From: Elusimicrobiota bacterium
Lineage (GTDB): Bacteria > Elusimicrobiota > Elusimicrobia > UBA1565 > UBA9628
Direction: 5' to 3'
Length of the DNA stretch: 64,000 bases
Assembly (NCBI GenBank): GCA_016207605.1
Contig: JACQPJ010000059.1
Location: 1,238 to 65,237, forward strand
The notes under the pieces were generated by a model. The model saw only the letters and a list, made by a program, of their open reading frames with translations. It was not told where the DNA came from and did not search any database. Positions 62,909-64,000 of the stretch are shown here, piece by piece (position 1 is the first letter of the stretch; every line of letters begins with the position of its first letter). Position numbers and translations under genes: made by a program.

Positions 62909-64000
62909 TGCGAACAACCTGCCTGCTCAGCCTGATCGCCCTTTTGCCCGGCTGGGCCCTCGCCCTCAGAAACGACGCCCCCGCCGGAGACGCGAGCGTG
63001 CGCGAGCAGCTACGGTCCGCCGACCGGGCGTTGTACAGCCATTTCACCCAGATCGAGATCTTGGATCAAAACAGCTGCTACCTGCGCGAGGATTTTGAAC
63101 TCTACCGGACCGCTCCGCAGCCGAACGACGAGGAGGGAGAACGGCTGTCCTACGCCTTTGCGCAGCGGAATCTGGATCTCTGCGTGCGATTGTTCGAACA
63201 ACTACAGAAGGGGTCTGCGGAGAGCATTCCCGGCATCGTCAACGCGATGGTCGACTCCTTCAAGCGTTATCCTCCATCCGCCGACGCGCGCGTGCATCTT
63301 CTCGACGCCAACGACCTGATCCGCCGCTACACCGATTCGATCGCCCAGCGAAGGCTGGCCCAGGAAGCGCGGGCCAGGGAAGAGCGTAAGGTGCGCGCAG
63401 TCAAGCTGCAAGGGCACAATCTGACCGACCTGATCCCAAAGACCACGGACGGCAATCAGAGCCGCTTTTATCAGACGCGAGAGGCCGGCCGGCTCGTGTG
63501 GACCAATCCGCATCCTGCGCCGTACGCGCACACGAGCCCTGACGGGACCGTGACGGATGGGAAACAAGAGCAGTTCGAGCGGAGCCATGCGGGCGACGCC
63601 TCGAATCCATATGGGTGGAAGGTCATGCCGGACGGCCGGGTTTGGGGCACCGACGGAAACCGTTATCCCACCGCTGGCAGGCTGCCCTCCAGCAACGTCG
63701 CCCCCATGCTCCGCGTCACCCGGAACGCGGACGGTAGCCGCACTTACACCGTGATCGGAAATCCGGCCGCGCCGACCGCGCCGCTCGCGGCGCCGTCGGC
63801 GCCCAAGGCTCCGCTGGCGGGCGATCCGACAGACATGGACGACAGCGCCCGCCAGCAGTTGGTGTGGGGTAATTGCCACGGCAGCCTCCTGCGCAAAATC
63901 TGGCCCTCGGTGCGCGCGTTCCGGAACTGGAGCCCCGCCGAGCAGGAGCAGTCGGGGTTCAAGGACCGCATGGAGCGGCTGGACCGCTACGTCGCCCTGT
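62905..64000 (+). CDS. secreted hypothetical protein (runs off the window end)
   Basis: MMRTTCLLSLIALLPGWALA signal peptide; frame read open to position 64000; absent from the ORF track because it has no stop. Confidence 0.75.
   Translation, partial: MMRTTCLLSLIALLPGWALALRNDAPAGDASVREQLRSADRALYSHFTQIEILDQNSCYLREDFELYRTAPQPNDEEGERLSYAFAQRNLDLCVRLFEQLQKGSAESIPGIVNAMVDSFKRYPPSADARVHLLDANDLIRRYTDSIAQRRLAQEARAREERKVRAVKLQGHNLTDLIPKTTDGNQSRFYQTREAGRLVWTNPHPAPYAHTSPDGTVTDGKQEQFERSHAGDASNPYGWKVMPDGRVWGTDGNRYPTAGRLPSSNVAPMLRVTRNADGSRTYTVIGNPAAPTAPLAAPSAPKAPLAGDPTDMDDSARQQLVWGNCHGSLLRKIWPSVRAFRNWSPAEQEQSGFKDRMERLDRYVAL

Overview
High-GC (roughly 70% by eye) bacterial chromosome segment. The PorV/PorQ-family gene, the PASTA-only protein and the gene order suggest Elusimicrobiota, but this is inference only. 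0-22 kb is mostly housekeeping: nucleoside salvage, split transketolase, a TonB/TPR/ExbBDD cluster interrupted by amtB, and def-fmt-PASTA-rpe-rpsP-khpA-trmD-rplS-rnhB-yraN-tatC. 23-30 kb holds secreted hypotheticals, pccB and a small accessory patch. 31-42 kb is a large peptide-transport operon (Opp ABC, OPT, three binding proteins). 42.4-49.5 kb is the most interesting locus: a sigma54 activator, a stand-alone H-box mini-protein, an atypical radical SAM/SPASM enzyme, a 52-aa signal-peptide-bearing peptide, a family-5 binding protein and a hybrid histidine kinase. Most of it lies in a low-GC block bracketed by an 86-bp direct repeat, which suggests a peptide signalling (quorum-sensing-like) cassette. 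The last 10 kb carry an HTH-ATPase/STAS pair, a 1911-aa secreted protein with a C-terminal transglutaminase-like triad, and a complete IS66-family element with an unusual divergent accessory gene. A dispersed 56-bp CTAG-bounded double-hairpin repeat family and many apparently leaderless genes are also visible. No rRNA, tRNA or CRISPR array was seen. All family assignments come from motif recognition, not database searches.
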